A DNA stretch of 63,043 bases, the filler included, from Aduncisulcus paluster (taxonomy: Eukaryota): NCBI GenBank assembly GCA_024181965.1. It is 4 parts of 4 records of this genome, joined end to end, with 100 filler letters (N's around TTAATTAATTAA, not from the genome) between each part and the next. Parts side by side here need not be neighbours in the genome. Positions count along the whole stretch, not along the records: positions 1 to 19,497 come from BQXS01012761.1; 3 more parts are not named here. The stretch is one strand, 5' to 3'. Positions 1 to 11,262 of this stretch are shown piece after piece (within the stretch, counting starts at the first letter, position 1; every line of letters starts with the position of its first letter). The translations under genes were made by a program, and so were the position numbers. Below the pieces are notes generated by a model, which was not told the origin of the DNA, searched no databases, and saw only the letters and a program-made list of their open reading frames with translations.

Positions 1-2308
1 GCTCGCTGATAACACGTTTACGATCATCCAAACCATAGTACAGAGTGAAGACAGATACAACAAGAGGAATATGAAAGGCATAGTCTTCACCTTCGTCGGC
101 ACGTTTGACGGACACAGCGACCATAGCCTCGAGAAGTTCCTTGAGCTCTCCAAAGAGAGAATCAGGGCTGTCCAAGGAGAAGAGAGTAGGTTGGAGCTTG
201 ATCATAGCAGCGATAAGGTCCCAGATGCGATTGAAGAAGGTAGTAATGATTGAGATTGGAGAAGAGTGGGCATTGGCACGAGAGCCAAGAACAAGAACAG
301 CACGGACAAGTGGCATCAAAGAGGGACCAGAAAATGGAACCTCTCCAGGACCTTCACTTCTTCCAATGTGGAACAGAAGGCGACCAAGAGCAATGTATTG
401 GGCTGCATTAACATAAGAGTCAAGAACAGAGGGCATGTTACGGATGAATGATTGGATATGACCACCTTTACGGATAAAGAACCATTCACCACGAGAGACT
501 GAGCACACCTTACTAGGATGAGTGGCAGGATAAGGTTCTTCTTCTTCCTCTCCCTCTTCTTCCTCTCCCTCTCCGGGACAGTCTTCCTCCTGCTCCTCCT
601 CTTTCTCCTCAGGTAATAACTTGTCATCATGAACCTCGATATCATCAAGACCTTCGATTTCTTTCCTACTCGCAGAGAAGAGAGAAGGGCATTCTGGAAT
701 ACGTACAGCGTTCTTTCCTTCTACAATCTCACCGCTAATGAACCTACTCACATTGAATAACATATCTGGACGTATCTTCTTCTTACCTTGAGGAGTGCTG
801 TACAGCTGATACAATTCATGGGCAATGTTGCTCAGCTGACGTTGGGTATAACCAGATTTGGCCAGAGTATGGCTTTCGAGGCCATAAGTACCCTCCAAGA
901 GAGGAAGACAACAACGTAAGAACTCTGTGGTATCGGTCTTTACCAAGTCAATCATTTTTTTGTAGTTCTTATCGGCAAGAGCAATACGAGAGGGGTGCAG
1001 AGGATCCAATTCTGGGTCAACGGTCAAAGAAACAGAGTTTTCACCGAAAGAAGAGATTTGTTTATGAGTGGCTTTGTTCTTAACATGAAAACTGGCGTGG
1101 AGACCTCTCATACAATAAGCATCAAAGAGTCTGGGGTTGGGAAGACAAGCTTCGAGAGAATTAGCAAGTTTGGATTCTCCAACAGCCCTACAGAACCACA
1201 CGGCTTCATGGCATGTCACCAAATGTTTCTTGGGAATGGCATTTTCATACATGTGACGAAGGAAACACATAGGGAAGGCATAGGTCATGTAATCAAGGTT
1301 ACGATGGATAGCGGTCACTCTAAATCTACGAGAGCAAGATAAGGCAATAGCAAGGAGGAAATCTTGGAGTACATACTTGGGAATATCCTGTTCTTCATCT
1401 TTCTTAGATTTGGAGGCAAAAATGGCACGAAGACGTTCTTGCTCCTTGGCTGGACCAACGGTATCCTCTTTTCCAAATCTCGGGTATTTCTTGTACACAG
1501 AATCACAAAAATCTTCAATTCTCTTGCGGTATTGTTCAGGGATACGACGATCAATGAAAAGAAGTGGAAGGAGTTGATAAACAGACTTAAGAAGAGTATC
1601 AATTGGCAAATGAGTTTTTTTATCGTGTGAAATGGAAAAGAGACGCTCAATTGTGAGATTACGGATGTAGTTCATCCATCTTGGGGGAATATGGCGACCT
1701 TGAGCGGTGACAACGACAACCTCTGAAAAATCAGCATTGGGTTGACGATCACTGAGAGGAATTAACTCGTGGGAATTTTGTTTGTTGTGAATAGACGCAA
1801 CAAGGTCGGCAATAGTGTACTTGGAAACAAGCTCAGAGGTACAACTAGCGAGTGGAACATGGGAGATGCCTTCCTTGCGAATAGAATAGTCGAATAACGC
1901 ATCACAAAGCTTATGAACATTGGGATCTTCGGATGAGTTGTTCATTTTGTAAATGGCCAAACGCACATTATAACAGGAGTGGTCGAGACGCTCCTTAATA
2001 TATTCAAAACCCAATTTACAGAGGAAAGAACGGGGCGTTTTCTGGTGAAGCATATGAATCATATATTTCTGGACGAAGATATGGGAAGATTCCAATTTCA
2101 TCCAAAACTTTGCCCAATTGGCCTCATTTTGATGCGCAGATGATTTTAAAGCGAATAAATACATATCATAGAGAGAAGGATCGCCAATGAATTCTTCCAT
2201 AGCATCAACAATGGCTGGATGGGTTTTGACGGCCTTAACAATCATTTGTTTCCTTTTTGAAACGGTCAATTGAGATAAGACATCATCAATCAAAGTTTTA
2301 ATTTCCAT
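1..2308 (-). CDS. Large hypothetical protein, 3'-partial (>769 aa; runs off the window start)
   Basis: My translation from ATG 2308 (MEIKTLIDDVLSQL...) is open to position 2 and includes an acidic E-rich patch at ~540-610. The ORF track misses it because it has no stop in the window. No family recognised. Confidence 0.85.
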   Translation of the reverse strand, partial: MEIKTLIDDVLSQLTVSKRKQMIVKAVKTHPAIVDAMEEFIGDPSLYDMYLFALKSSAHQNEANWAKFWMKLESSHIFVQKYMIHMLHQKTPRSFLCKLGFEYIKERLDHSCYNVRLAIYKMNNSSEDPNVHKLCDALFDYSIRKEGISHVPLASCTSELVSKYTIADLVASIHNKQNSHELIPLSDRQPNADFSEVVVVTAQGRHIPPRWMNYIRNLTIERLFSISHDKKTHLPIDTLLKSVYQLLPLLFIDRRIPEQYRKRIEDFCDSVYKKYPRFGKEDTVGPAKEQERLRAIFASKSKKDEEQDIPKYVLQDFLLAIALSCSRRFRVTAIHRNLDYMTYAFPMCFLRHMYENAIPKKHLVTCHEAVWFCRAVGESKLANSLEACLPNPRLFDAYCMRGLHASFHVKNKATHKQISSFGENSVSLTVDPELDPLHPSRIALADKNYKKMIDLVKTDTTEFLRCCLPLLEGTYGLESHTLAKSGYTQRQLSNIAHELYQLYSTPQGKKKIRPDMLFNVSRFISGEIVEGKNAVRIPECPSLFSASRKEIEGLDDIEVHDDKLLPEEKEEEQEEDCPGEGEEEEGEEEEEPYPATHPSKVCSVSRGEWFFIRKGGHIQSFIRNMPSVLDSYVNAAQYIALGRLLFHIGRSEGPGEVPFSGPSLMPLVRAVLVLGSRANAHSSPISIITTFFNRIWDLIAAMIKLQPTLFSLDSPDSLFGELKELLEAMVAVSVKRADEGEDYAFHIPLVVSVFTLYYGLDDRKRVISE

Positions 2309-3424
2309 TTTTAACCAATGAGTGAAACAAAATAAGATTGCTTTCCATCTTTTGAATAACCAATCACAACAATCAAAATCAGGAATTTTCAGTGAAGAAA
2401 TTGGTCATAAAAAATCATGTACATTTGCAATATCAGTTTAATTAGTCAATTATTATCTGTTTAAGAGGTATACTCGAAAAGGCTGACATTGAAGTTTGTA
2501 AACTTCCAAAATAAAGCATTTAATGAGTTTCTACAAGAGTTTAGAACATACTTTTACAGCGGATCTGAGGGATTTATTGATTGTTTGTTGGCAAGGGTGA
2601 TTGGAGTTTGGGAAACCACAAATACAGGATTGTAATCATTTTTCAACATATTTCTTGAATATTCCACAATACTTTGGAGTATAGTGGTTAATTATGACTT
2701 GAACGAGCAGGAAACAAGGTCACCAAAACGATATGGGAAGTGACACTAAAAAAAACGAAAAGATGATCAAGATGTATCGTCTCAAAATTACAAAATTACA
2801 CCTCAATTGTCAAAGCAGAGTGGAATATGTTGATTGTGAATATATTTCGACAATTACTTTGAAGAGGTGGGAGATATTCAGGGATCGAAACAACAATCAA
2901 AACAACCAGTCAAGATCAACTCTATGGATGGAATATGAAGAGAATTCCGGGACATATCATTTGTGAAAATAAGACATCTTTAGCATTTCTTGGGATTATA
3001 GAGCCGAAAAGAAGTCATGTGTTGACAAACTTGAGAGTTTTTGAATTGGAGTGTGAAACAACCATGTTGATTCCATTCTCATTTATAATATATATGTCCA
3101 TAAACAATGAGCAACGATTTATATTTTTTTACCAACTGATTGATATTATTGAACGAGAACGAAAATTTTGGTCATTGAATGTTATTCTTTGCTACATTGG
3201 AAAACAATATTACCTTGTTTGTCGCTTTAATTTCAATATCTTTCATTTTATGTGGGGTTTAAATGCATTTTCTAATCTTTGTCTCTCTTTACCAAACTGT
3301 CATCTCGTTTTTTGCTTTAAACAAAAAAAAATTTCATTATACTCGTCGTCATTCTTCATGTTATAATATTATTTTCATTTTTTAATACTTTATGGGCTTT
3401 GTTATCAAGAATCCACACTCCGCA

Positions 3425-4812
3425 ATGCCATTTAGATCTACGAAAAAAATTGCCCCAAGTATCTCCAAACAAGAGTACCCAAGAAAAGAAGTAGTATGAA
3501 TTCATCATTATTTACAGTTTTTACTCGTAATTATTGGTTTCATTATTCATATTTAACAATAATTTTAGATTGTCATTCCTGAGATCGTTCATTCGGGAAA
3601 TGAAGATTGTGTTCCGATTCCACGAGATGATCCCAATGTTGGAAATCCAGATTTTCCTAATATAAAGGCGAGGAATCATAATATCAAATTTAACCTCCCT
3701 GGACATATCAAAGATGAAGAAGCTCTTAAAATGATGAGGGGACAAGCCATTAGCGCAATTTTTACAGATATTTCCATTCCTTTCCCCTCATCTATTCACA
3801 TGAAAGGAGTTTACATCTGCATGGATCGCTCTGTGCCCTTAACATCGTATATTATTTTCACTTTTATATCATCCAGGAAGAGAAAAGTATCCAAAACATG
3901 TAAATTTGTTGGCCAGAATTGGTATTTTCTCCCTATTGATCTTCCTGATGTTGTAATTTGTGAGATATCGAGATTAAAAAAGCGAGGAGATGAGTCTTTT
4001 AAAATGAGTTCTCTTGTTTTCCTCAAAAAGGATACTCAAAAGCAGGCTATTGCTCGTAAATCTCGAGAAGATACCCTCGAGAAACTTTGGACTGAAACTG
4101 TATGTTCTTTGTTTCTTTAGTTGTCTCATTCCACCTTAATATATATATTAACAATATATTTATTAAATATATTTATGAGACTATTATTGTTTATTAATAC
4201 ATATTTATATTATATTTATTATATTCTCAGCCAAGTATCATGACAGAGCCCCAAGAACTCGACTGCTATGCTTTTCCCTTTCCACGTGATGATCCAATTA
4301 TCATTAAACCTTCTCTGGAATTGATTAGAGCGAAGAACAATTCAAAGTGTAGACAGTGTATCGATTATGATATGAGTTTAAATGCTCGAATCATGATTGG
4401 CAGAAAGTTGATTAGATTATATGATGATGAACCCTTTTCATTATCCCATCTTCTTATCCCTTTCCCTGCCCCAAGCCACATGAGTGGAGCTTACATATTA
4501 GTTGATGGACGATTCTGTTCCCCCACTCTCCTTTTCACTTTTATTCACTCTGATGGGAGGAAAACATGCAAGAAATATCAATTTTCAAGGCCTATGCATA
4601 GTTCTGAATGGCATTTCCTTCCCATTCATTTATCAAAAGTAGTTTCGTGTAAGATCGAAGGAAAAGGAACATGGGAACAGAAAAATAGTCGATGTTTTCG
4701 AATTTATGAACTTCTCTTCACTCTTTCAAAAGAACTCGCCAGAAAAGAACATGAAAAAACAGCCATTGAACAACTATGTTTATTACCTTGGGAAAAAGCC
4801 CAAGAGAAGTGA
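3425..4812 (+). CDS. Lineage-expanded two-repeat-domain protein; exons 3425-3493, 3569-4099, 4231-4812 (~393 aa)
   Basis: Phase-0 introns GTATGA..TTTAG (3494-3568) and GTATGT..CTCAG (4100-4230) join ORFs 3731 and 4240 in frame. Each repeat has PIPRDDP, ISIPF, MKGxYI and WYFLPIDL-type motifs shared with 17913-19007. Confidence 0.8.
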
Positions 4813-4994
4813 ATTGTTACGTTTTATTCAAAATAACGAGCAAAAGAAAACCCAAAATGTATATTTTTAGAATTTCTATTTTTAGATCACATATTTTTGA
4901 AAACTTCTTTGCAGAAGATATTATGTGGCTATTCTTCCAAAATCGTCACAAATATCAAAAATTCAATAGGAAAACAAAATGTTGGAGTAGATCT

Positions 4995-5134
4995 CAAGAT
5001 CGAATAAAATTGGGTTCAGGTTCTGTGAATTCATACTTCTTGAATGTCTTCTTACCATCACAATCAGTGAAAGTGAAGAGAAGAGAGGGTGAACTCCAAC
5101 CATTATCCACACAGATATAAGCACCTTTCATGGG
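4995..5134 (-). pseudogene. Fragment of the same expanded family
   Basis: Minus strand reads PMKGAYICVDNGWSSPSLLFTFTDCDGKKTFKKYEFTEPEPNFIRS*, nearly identical to repeat 2 of 17913-19007, but truncated at both ends. Confidence 0.75.
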
Positions 5135-5400
5135 ACGAAAGAAGAGAGAAGCCGATTCGTTATTGTCCAAACATACAGATATTGTATCTTAATCCAAACA
5201 TACAGTATTGTACAGTAAATGGGCAGTATAGGTGATGAGTATAGTACGGTATGATGATGAATTTTAAAATCTATTAAATATATAAACAAAATATATTATA
5301 TTGTACTGTAATTTTCGAGTTGTATAACATAATATTATAGTATAGTATAGTATAAATAAAAATAAGCACGTATTATTACCAAAATTATTATGATACCAGA

Positions 5401-6261
5401 TTAGAATTGAAACTTTGTGGCCAATCCTTCTCCCTCAGAAGATTCAGAGAGCAGAGGTTCTTGAATGGAATGGCTATCATCTTCTGATGATTCGACTTGA
5501 TCGGGCAACTCCACTATAGGTGGTCTTGATGGAGCATGATGATCATCTTGAATAACAATGGGCAATTCAGGAAGTTCTGGCAATTCTTTTGTCTTATCGG
5601 CATCTGTAGGATTAACAAATAAAGTTTGATCAGGTTGAAAGAAATCTATTTGTTTCTCCTCCTCTTCCTTGTCTTCAATATCTTCTTCACTTTCACTGGG
5701 AGGTGATTGGTTAAGTAAAGCATGAGCTGTGGCCTGCTCTTCTAAAACCTCCTTGATATCCCTCAAATGTTGTTGGTTATTTTGATATTCAAGCTCTTTT
5801 GCCCGCTTTGAGGTAACGAACCGTCCTTTTTCTCTTTTTCGAGAATCAGCCATAGCTTTTCGTGATTTATAACGAATCTTATCTTTTTTCACTCGTCTTT
5901 GACGTCTAAATATTCTAAATTCTTCAAGTAAGCTGGCTCTGGATGGAGGGTCATACTTCCCAATTTTTTTTGTTAAAAAGGAATGCCGTACAATAGGAGT
6001 CGTTGAAGGGTCAAAAATAAATGACTTTCTCCCATCCCCACGTGGATGGAAATAAATATTACTAAAAACAGAAACATCAACAGATCTAGGACAAGTTCTT
6101 TTCCCTAAACACTTATCGAGCACACTTTGAACTTCATCGCCAAACGAAGGATCATATTGAAGCATTTTGGATAAATTATCCAAAAGCTGACGTTTTGATT
6201 CTAATAATCCCAATTCTGACATCAAAATCAAGAATTTCACAATCCAGAAAGGAGAGATCAT
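5401..6261 (-). CDS. CCT-motif (CONSTANS/CO-like/TOC1) basic domain protein with acidic tail, 286 aa
   Basis: RASLLEEFRIFRRQRRVKKDKIRYKSRKAMADSRKREKGRFV (5812-5940) follows the CCT pattern R..R....KKIRY.SRK..A..R.R.KGRF. Confidence 0.8.
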   Translation of the reverse strand: MISPFWIVKFLILMSELGLLESKRQLLDNLSKMLQYDPSFGDEVQSVLDKCLGKRTCPRSVDVSVFSNIYFHPRGDGRKSFIFDPSTTPIVRHSFLTKKIGKYDPPSRASLLEEFRIFRRQRRVKKDKIRYKSRKAMADSRKREKGRFVTSKRAKELEYQNNQQHLRDIKEVLEEQATAHALLNQSPPSESEEDIEDKEEEEKQIDFFQPDQTLFVNPTDADKTKELPELPELPIVIQDDHHAPSRPPIVELPDQVESSEDDSHSIQEPLLSESSEGEGLATKFQF

Positions 6262-6716
6262 ACTATTAACTTAAATAAGAAAAAAATGATGTTGATTAGA
6301 CTTTTTCTTGGCAGATATATTGGAAAAAGATATATCTAAGGGGCTAGCCTAATCGATAATATGGCCACGGTTGAACAAAACAATCTGGTTGCAAGAACCA
6401 ATGTAAAACATTGACACTAGCTTTTCAAATCATTTCGACTTTAATGGCACGTTTAACTAAGGCAAGAAAAAGTGAAAATTCAATCAACTTGATTGAATCT
6501 ATTTTTAGCGAGCCGTAAAATGAAAAGGAGTGGATGGATACAACAATGATTTCTAGTTTTGAAAGAAAAACTATTGAACCAAGAAAATTAATCCGTGGAT
6601 TTCGATCAATAATCAGTAAATTCGCTTGAAAAAACTACTCCAACAAAGGTTAATTTATTTGCCATAATAAAATGACATTCAAATTTTAAATTCTAAATGG
6701 ATTTATAAATTCATTA

Positions 6717-9581
6717 TTATTCATCACCTACCTTTTTAGGCCATTCAATTGACTTTCCAACAATAACACCCTCCTTAACCTTTTGAATCTTATTATCAGC
6801 ACTTGTTTTATGTTCAGGAGGTTCTGTCAACATACATTTTGTGCAGAAAGTCTTCCCATGAATGGCACACACATTGTGAGAATATAATGTAACGTTTTCC
6901 ACCCTACAACGGCAAGCATGGATACATCTACAGACAATAGCAGCATCACTTGGGTGCATATTGTCAAGGAACGTTGCTATTTCTGTGTCTTCTTCACTTC
7001 CTCGTCTCTCACTCCCGAAAACAAGTTCATATCCCATGCCCACGAGTGTCAAAATATCACCAAGCACACATCCTACCGCACTTTCGTACAGTTGAGACAT
7101 TGTAAGTCCCTGTGTGTTTGAAGGTGGATATGAATGCGGCAATGAATCCAGCATAGCTATCCTTCCAAGCCAGGATTGGGATGAGATCTTAAGAAGAGGT
7201 TCAGGAGAGTAGAAAACACCATTGGTAATATCAAGACAGCAGCTCTCTCGGTTCTTTTTCATGTGTAACCTCACCAATTTATCAACAATGGTCTGCTCAG
7301 ACACGTCTTTGTCAACTGATGGATCGTAACACACGATGGATGGGGTATCAATGGATATGGGTTGACTGAGACATGAGTCAAACGCTCGGAAGTTCTTCAA
7401 AACTATAAAGGGGGGCGTAGATTTGGTGACAGAGCCAGAGGATGAGATTGGGTAGGACACCGGAAGAGGGAAGAATGATTGTTTTCCCTCTACAACTCCT
7501 TCTTTGGGGAACAATGGATGGTGCATATGGGAATAGACTTTCCTCGTGGTTTGTTTATGATGAGGGTGCAGCTGAAGACAGAAGATAGAGAGAGCCAGAG
7601 CAAGCTTAATAGCTGTTACAGAATGACCAATGATGAATATTCTTTGTTGCATCAAGAGAGACGATACAATATGCATGTATGAACGATTGAGACATCTCCG
7701 AGCAACACTCAACTCACAACCACAATATCCATCATTGAATACGATGCTCCGTGTCAATCCGTGCTTCAGTCTTGGGGAATGAAGGCGACCACTGCCACTG
7801 CCACTACCACTAAGAATACTAGGGGATGAAGCCAGACTTCTCTGAGATGAAGAGTGGGATTTTTTAGAGAGTGGAGTGGAGCCACAGGGTTCCCCAACTT
7901 CAAGTTTTGCAAGACTTTCCTCAACTTTCAGGGCCTCTGAGGGATTCATTGGTATTCCAGTTTCTTCGCCACTCTCAAGATACACGCCATCCAGAACAGC
8001 CATGAATTTTCTACCAGATGTCATCAATCCTCTTACACGGAGCATCCTTTCATGAGAATACTGATAGTGCTTAAAGGACAAGGGAGTAGGCGGGCCAATG
8101 ATATTTCTGAGGACTGAATGAGAGAACATAGGCACAAGAGTGGAGAGATCAACGACTTTGTGAGCATCTTCATCCTTTTTTCGCCAGCTACCAACGACAC
8201 CACACATATGGATTGGGTACGAAAGAATTGAATTTCCAAAACATAAAAGAAACTTGCTCCAATCGACCGAAACCCCACAAGAACTCGTGGGAGATGAACC
8301 AGAGAGGTGATGGGAGGAAGACCGAGTACTCGTCATGGCACTAGACCGTGTTGCACTCCCTCCAACGCTTCCAAGACACTCTCCTCTGACGACTCCACAC
8401 ATTCCACATGTCCCAGAATGAGCCCACAGGTTATCCCTGTATTCTTGGGGGTCAAGGGAGATGGGCAGAGATAATGAATACAAATCACGGACAGCAATTA
8501 CGAGTGGACACGACAACCATTCTTCTTTCTGGTCATATTCGAAGGACATTGATGAGAAGGACATTGAAGATGTCGAATTAGAGGGGAGAACACGAAGAGG
8601 CTGAGATAGTTCGGATACTTTCCTCAAAAATACACTAGACGAGGAAGAAGTTGCGGCCGATGCTCTCAACCACCTGTCATCGGAAGAAACAAAGAAAGGA
8701 ACACCGCCTGCACCTTGGACAAGAGAATGTTTCTTTCTTTCTCGATGGAGGGTAGTAGTAGGATCTGATGTGTCACTTTTCTCAGCCTTGGGAGATACAA
8801 CGCCACTTAAAGAGGAAATTGGAATACGCTTGAGATCTCGTTGGCGGCGAATTGAATCCAACATATCATTTGACTTAGCAAGGGAAGCCTCCACATCTTC
8901 AATAATCTTAGAAAGATCATATTCACATAGAGAATGGAGATCTTTCTCTACAATAAAAGGGAATTGTTCTGAAAGATGTTTGATAAGTGAAGGAGAAAGC
9001 TCTTGTGACCCTTCTTTAAACTGTAAAATAGTTTGTATGACTTCTTTTGTTAGTATAATACTTTTAACATATCTCATAATATTTAATTCAAATGTTTCTT
9101 GACAACAATTTTTTATATACGCAGCATGAAAAGAAAAGGCTTGAATATATCGGACTTTCCAATCATCATAACGCCTCTTATTATCAGTAACAAACATGAA
9201 GGCCTGTGGACGAGTATATCCACGTGCTTGGATATCCCTTACAGCAAATAAAAGAATCAAAGCTTTAGCATCAAGCTCAGGAACATCCAGTTCAAGTATG
9301 ACATCCGATGGAGGAAGTAAATCCGATGTATGGCCCTGATAATCAGACATAAATACTCTAATATTTAATTCTTGTAGTTCTTTATAAAGTGAAATATCTG
9401 TTATCATCGGGAATCTGATCCTAGGACCTTCGATTTGGCAGAACTCACTATATATGAAAATAGAAAGATTTTTTACATAGTTCCGATCTTTCTTTGTCGT
9501 TTTCATTTGTGCCAAAAACTTTTTGGTCTTTGAAAGACCCACAAAATTAACTTGGCGAAGCTGAATCTTTGGATAAAGCAT
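6717..9581 (-). CDS. SMCR8/folliculin-family longin-DENN protein, 954 aa
   Basis: N-terminal IFIYSEFCQIEGP, IRVFMSDYQ and VRDIQARGYTRPQAFMFVT match the SMCR8/FLCN uDENN-longin motifs. A later IVSSLLMQQRIFIIG segment is cDENN-like. Confidence 0.7.
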   Translation of the reverse strand: MLYPKIQLRQVNFVGLSKTKKFLAQMKTTKKDRNYVKNLSIFIYSEFCQIEGPRIRFPMITDISLYKELQELNIRVFMSDYQGHTSDLLPPSDVILELDVPELDAKALILLFAVRDIQARGYTRPQAFMFVTDNKRRYDDWKVRYIQAFSFHAAYIKNCCQETFELNIMRYVKSIILTKEVIQTILQFKEGSQELSPSLIKHLSEQFPFIVEKDLHSLCEYDLSKIIEDVEASLAKSNDMLDSIRRQRDLKRIPISSLSGVVSPKAEKSDTSDPTTTLHRERKKHSLVQGAGGVPFFVSSDDRWLRASAATSSSSSVFLRKVSELSQPLRVLPSNSTSSMSFSSMSFEYDQKEEWLSCPLVIAVRDLYSLSLPISLDPQEYRDNLWAHSGTCGMCGVVRGECLGSVGGSATRSSAMTSTRSSSHHLSGSSPTSSCGVSVDWSKFLLCFGNSILSYPIHMCGVVGSWRKKDEDAHKVVDLSTLVPMFSHSVLRNIIGPPTPLSFKHYQYSHERMLRVRGLMTSGRKFMAVLDGVYLESGEETGIPMNPSEALKVEESLAKLEVGEPCGSTPLSKKSHSSSQRSLASSPSILSGSGSGSGRLHSPRLKHGLTRSIVFNDGYCGCELSVARRCLNRSYMHIVSSLLMQQRIFIIGHSVTAIKLALALSIFCLQLHPHHKQTTRKVYSHMHHPLFPKEGVVEGKQSFFPLPVSYPISSSGSVTKSTPPFIVLKNFRAFDSCLSQPISIDTPSIVCYDPSVDKDVSEQTIVDKLVRLHMKKNRESCCLDITNGVFYSPEPLLKISSQSWLGRIAMLDSLPHSYPPSNTQGLTMSQLYESAVGCVLGDILTLVGMGYELVFGSERRGSEEDTEIATFLDNMHPSDAAIVCRCIHACRCRVENVTLYSHNVCAIHGKTFCTKCMLTEPPEHKTSADNKIQKVKEGVIVGKSIEWPKKVGDE

Positions 9582-9985
9582 TAATTTTGCTGGGATCGAA
9601 GATTTTATTGATTTAAAAAGAATAAATTGGCGTTACAGTTATTTTTATTGTTGTATTATTTTTAATTGACCTAGGGATGGAAATTGATTGCTCTTCGCCG
9701 TTATGGGTCAGATGGCATGAGATTTGTCGGTATTTGAGTGGCCACTAGGAAATTAAGTGATGGATATCTGGCAAATTTGTTGTGGGCACAATAGATCTCA
9801 AGTTATCAGTGACTGATAGTGACTATCGAGATTGTCAGTCGAATGGCACGACTCGAGTCACGATATATGTATCATTCAACCTTTTCATGATGAATGACCG
9901 AGTGTCTTACTCAGCCCAATAAGATTTTAGAAAATTTATTATGAATAATCAAGCAAAAATCGGCCAGGACTGAAAATCAAAAAAA

Positions 9986-10606
9986 TTACAACATTTTTCC
10001 ATGGAATTTATCGGGCTGTTTCTCGGGATCTACTCTCTTAATAAACCCAGTCATGCCAGCGAGAACACTAGGATTATCGGCATTTGCTGGGAGACCTTCC
10101 TTCTTATAATATTGCATCTGATAGGTTGATTTCAAGGTCCTGTGGCGGGAAATATCGGATTCATCACAAAACCTGATCTGGGATGAGTTTTTGTAGGGCC
10201 GTTTCTTGGTCTCAACGGGTTTGAACTTGTTTCTATAGGATTCGGGTTTGTAGGGTACTAAAGGCTTATCGCGTCCTCTAAATGTAGGTCTTGGATAAAA
10301 TTCACTACGGTGGCTTGATGTTTCTAACTTTGGCTTTGGATCAACACATTTTGATCCGCGTAGCTTTGGCCGAGAAACTACTTTTTGTCTTTGGCGAGAA
10401 ATAGTTGATTCTATGTAAAAATTATCACAAATAAAGAAAATTAATTCAAAAAAACAAAAATAAAATTACAGATTTATAATAATACTCTCAGGATAACACA
10501 ATTCCAAAAGTTACATACCAGTTAAGCGACTATCAGTTACTGTGGGAACAGGTTTATAGTATTTGCGCTCACCATCTGTCTTTTTAAAGGTTTTTTTCGG
10601 ATACAT
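9986..10606 (-). CDS. Small basic protein, 170 aa, two exons (10606-10519, 10410-9986); possibly a flagellar microtubule-associated protein
   Basis: Not in the ORF track. The GTATGT (10518)..CATAG (10411) intron gives an uninterrupted 513-nt frame ending in TAA at 9986. Motifs KPLVPYKPESYRNK, PYKNSSQI and KSTYQMQY; the function is inference. Confidence 0.7.
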
Positions 10607-11262
10607 TTGGTTATTTGTAACAAAATCCTGTGTTTTCTTTAAATCGCTGTTTTTTCTTCAATACAAGCGAATTTGTGGGATTCAAATCCGAAAACAAATA
10701 CACATAACTAATTTAAGTAAAAAAATTAATGTATGAATTTTGGAAAAGCATAATATTTTTAAAAATTTTGAAACTTCATTTTATCTTAAAACTCTCGTTC
10801 GAAATACTATTTGATTAGTAATCGCACATGTGACTGGCAAAATTCGTTGGCACCGAGTAAAAATCACGCTTTAGTCGCTCAGCGAGTCGCTGGACTCGGA
10901 GTCCAAATTATCATGTACAATTTTTACTACATTAAAATGGATAATATGAAGATTAAATTAGATATATTTAGGTGTTATTTCAAGGAGTTTTATGCACAGA
11001 TCCTTTCTTTTTCTTTGCCATAAGTTCTCTTTCACGGTCTATTTCTTCCCTCACTTCCTTTTTCGCAATTTCTCGAATTTTTTCCTGTTCCTTATCGGAA
11101 ATAATATAAAATTCATCTGCAGTAACCGAGGCAGGACTATAATCATAAAATACTTGTACAGTTGTGGGTATCTGTGATCCCTTAACAAACCCTCGAACTT
11201 CCATATCTGCCAGAGATTTAGTNNNNNNNNNNNNNNNNNNNNAGATATATTTAGGTGTTATT

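Noticed and set aside
2450..3370. ORFs 2733-2966 and 2935-3366; similar case at 20363-20671
   Set aside because: No recognisable motifs and AT-rich non-coding composition. They may be decayed genes, but I cannot support that.
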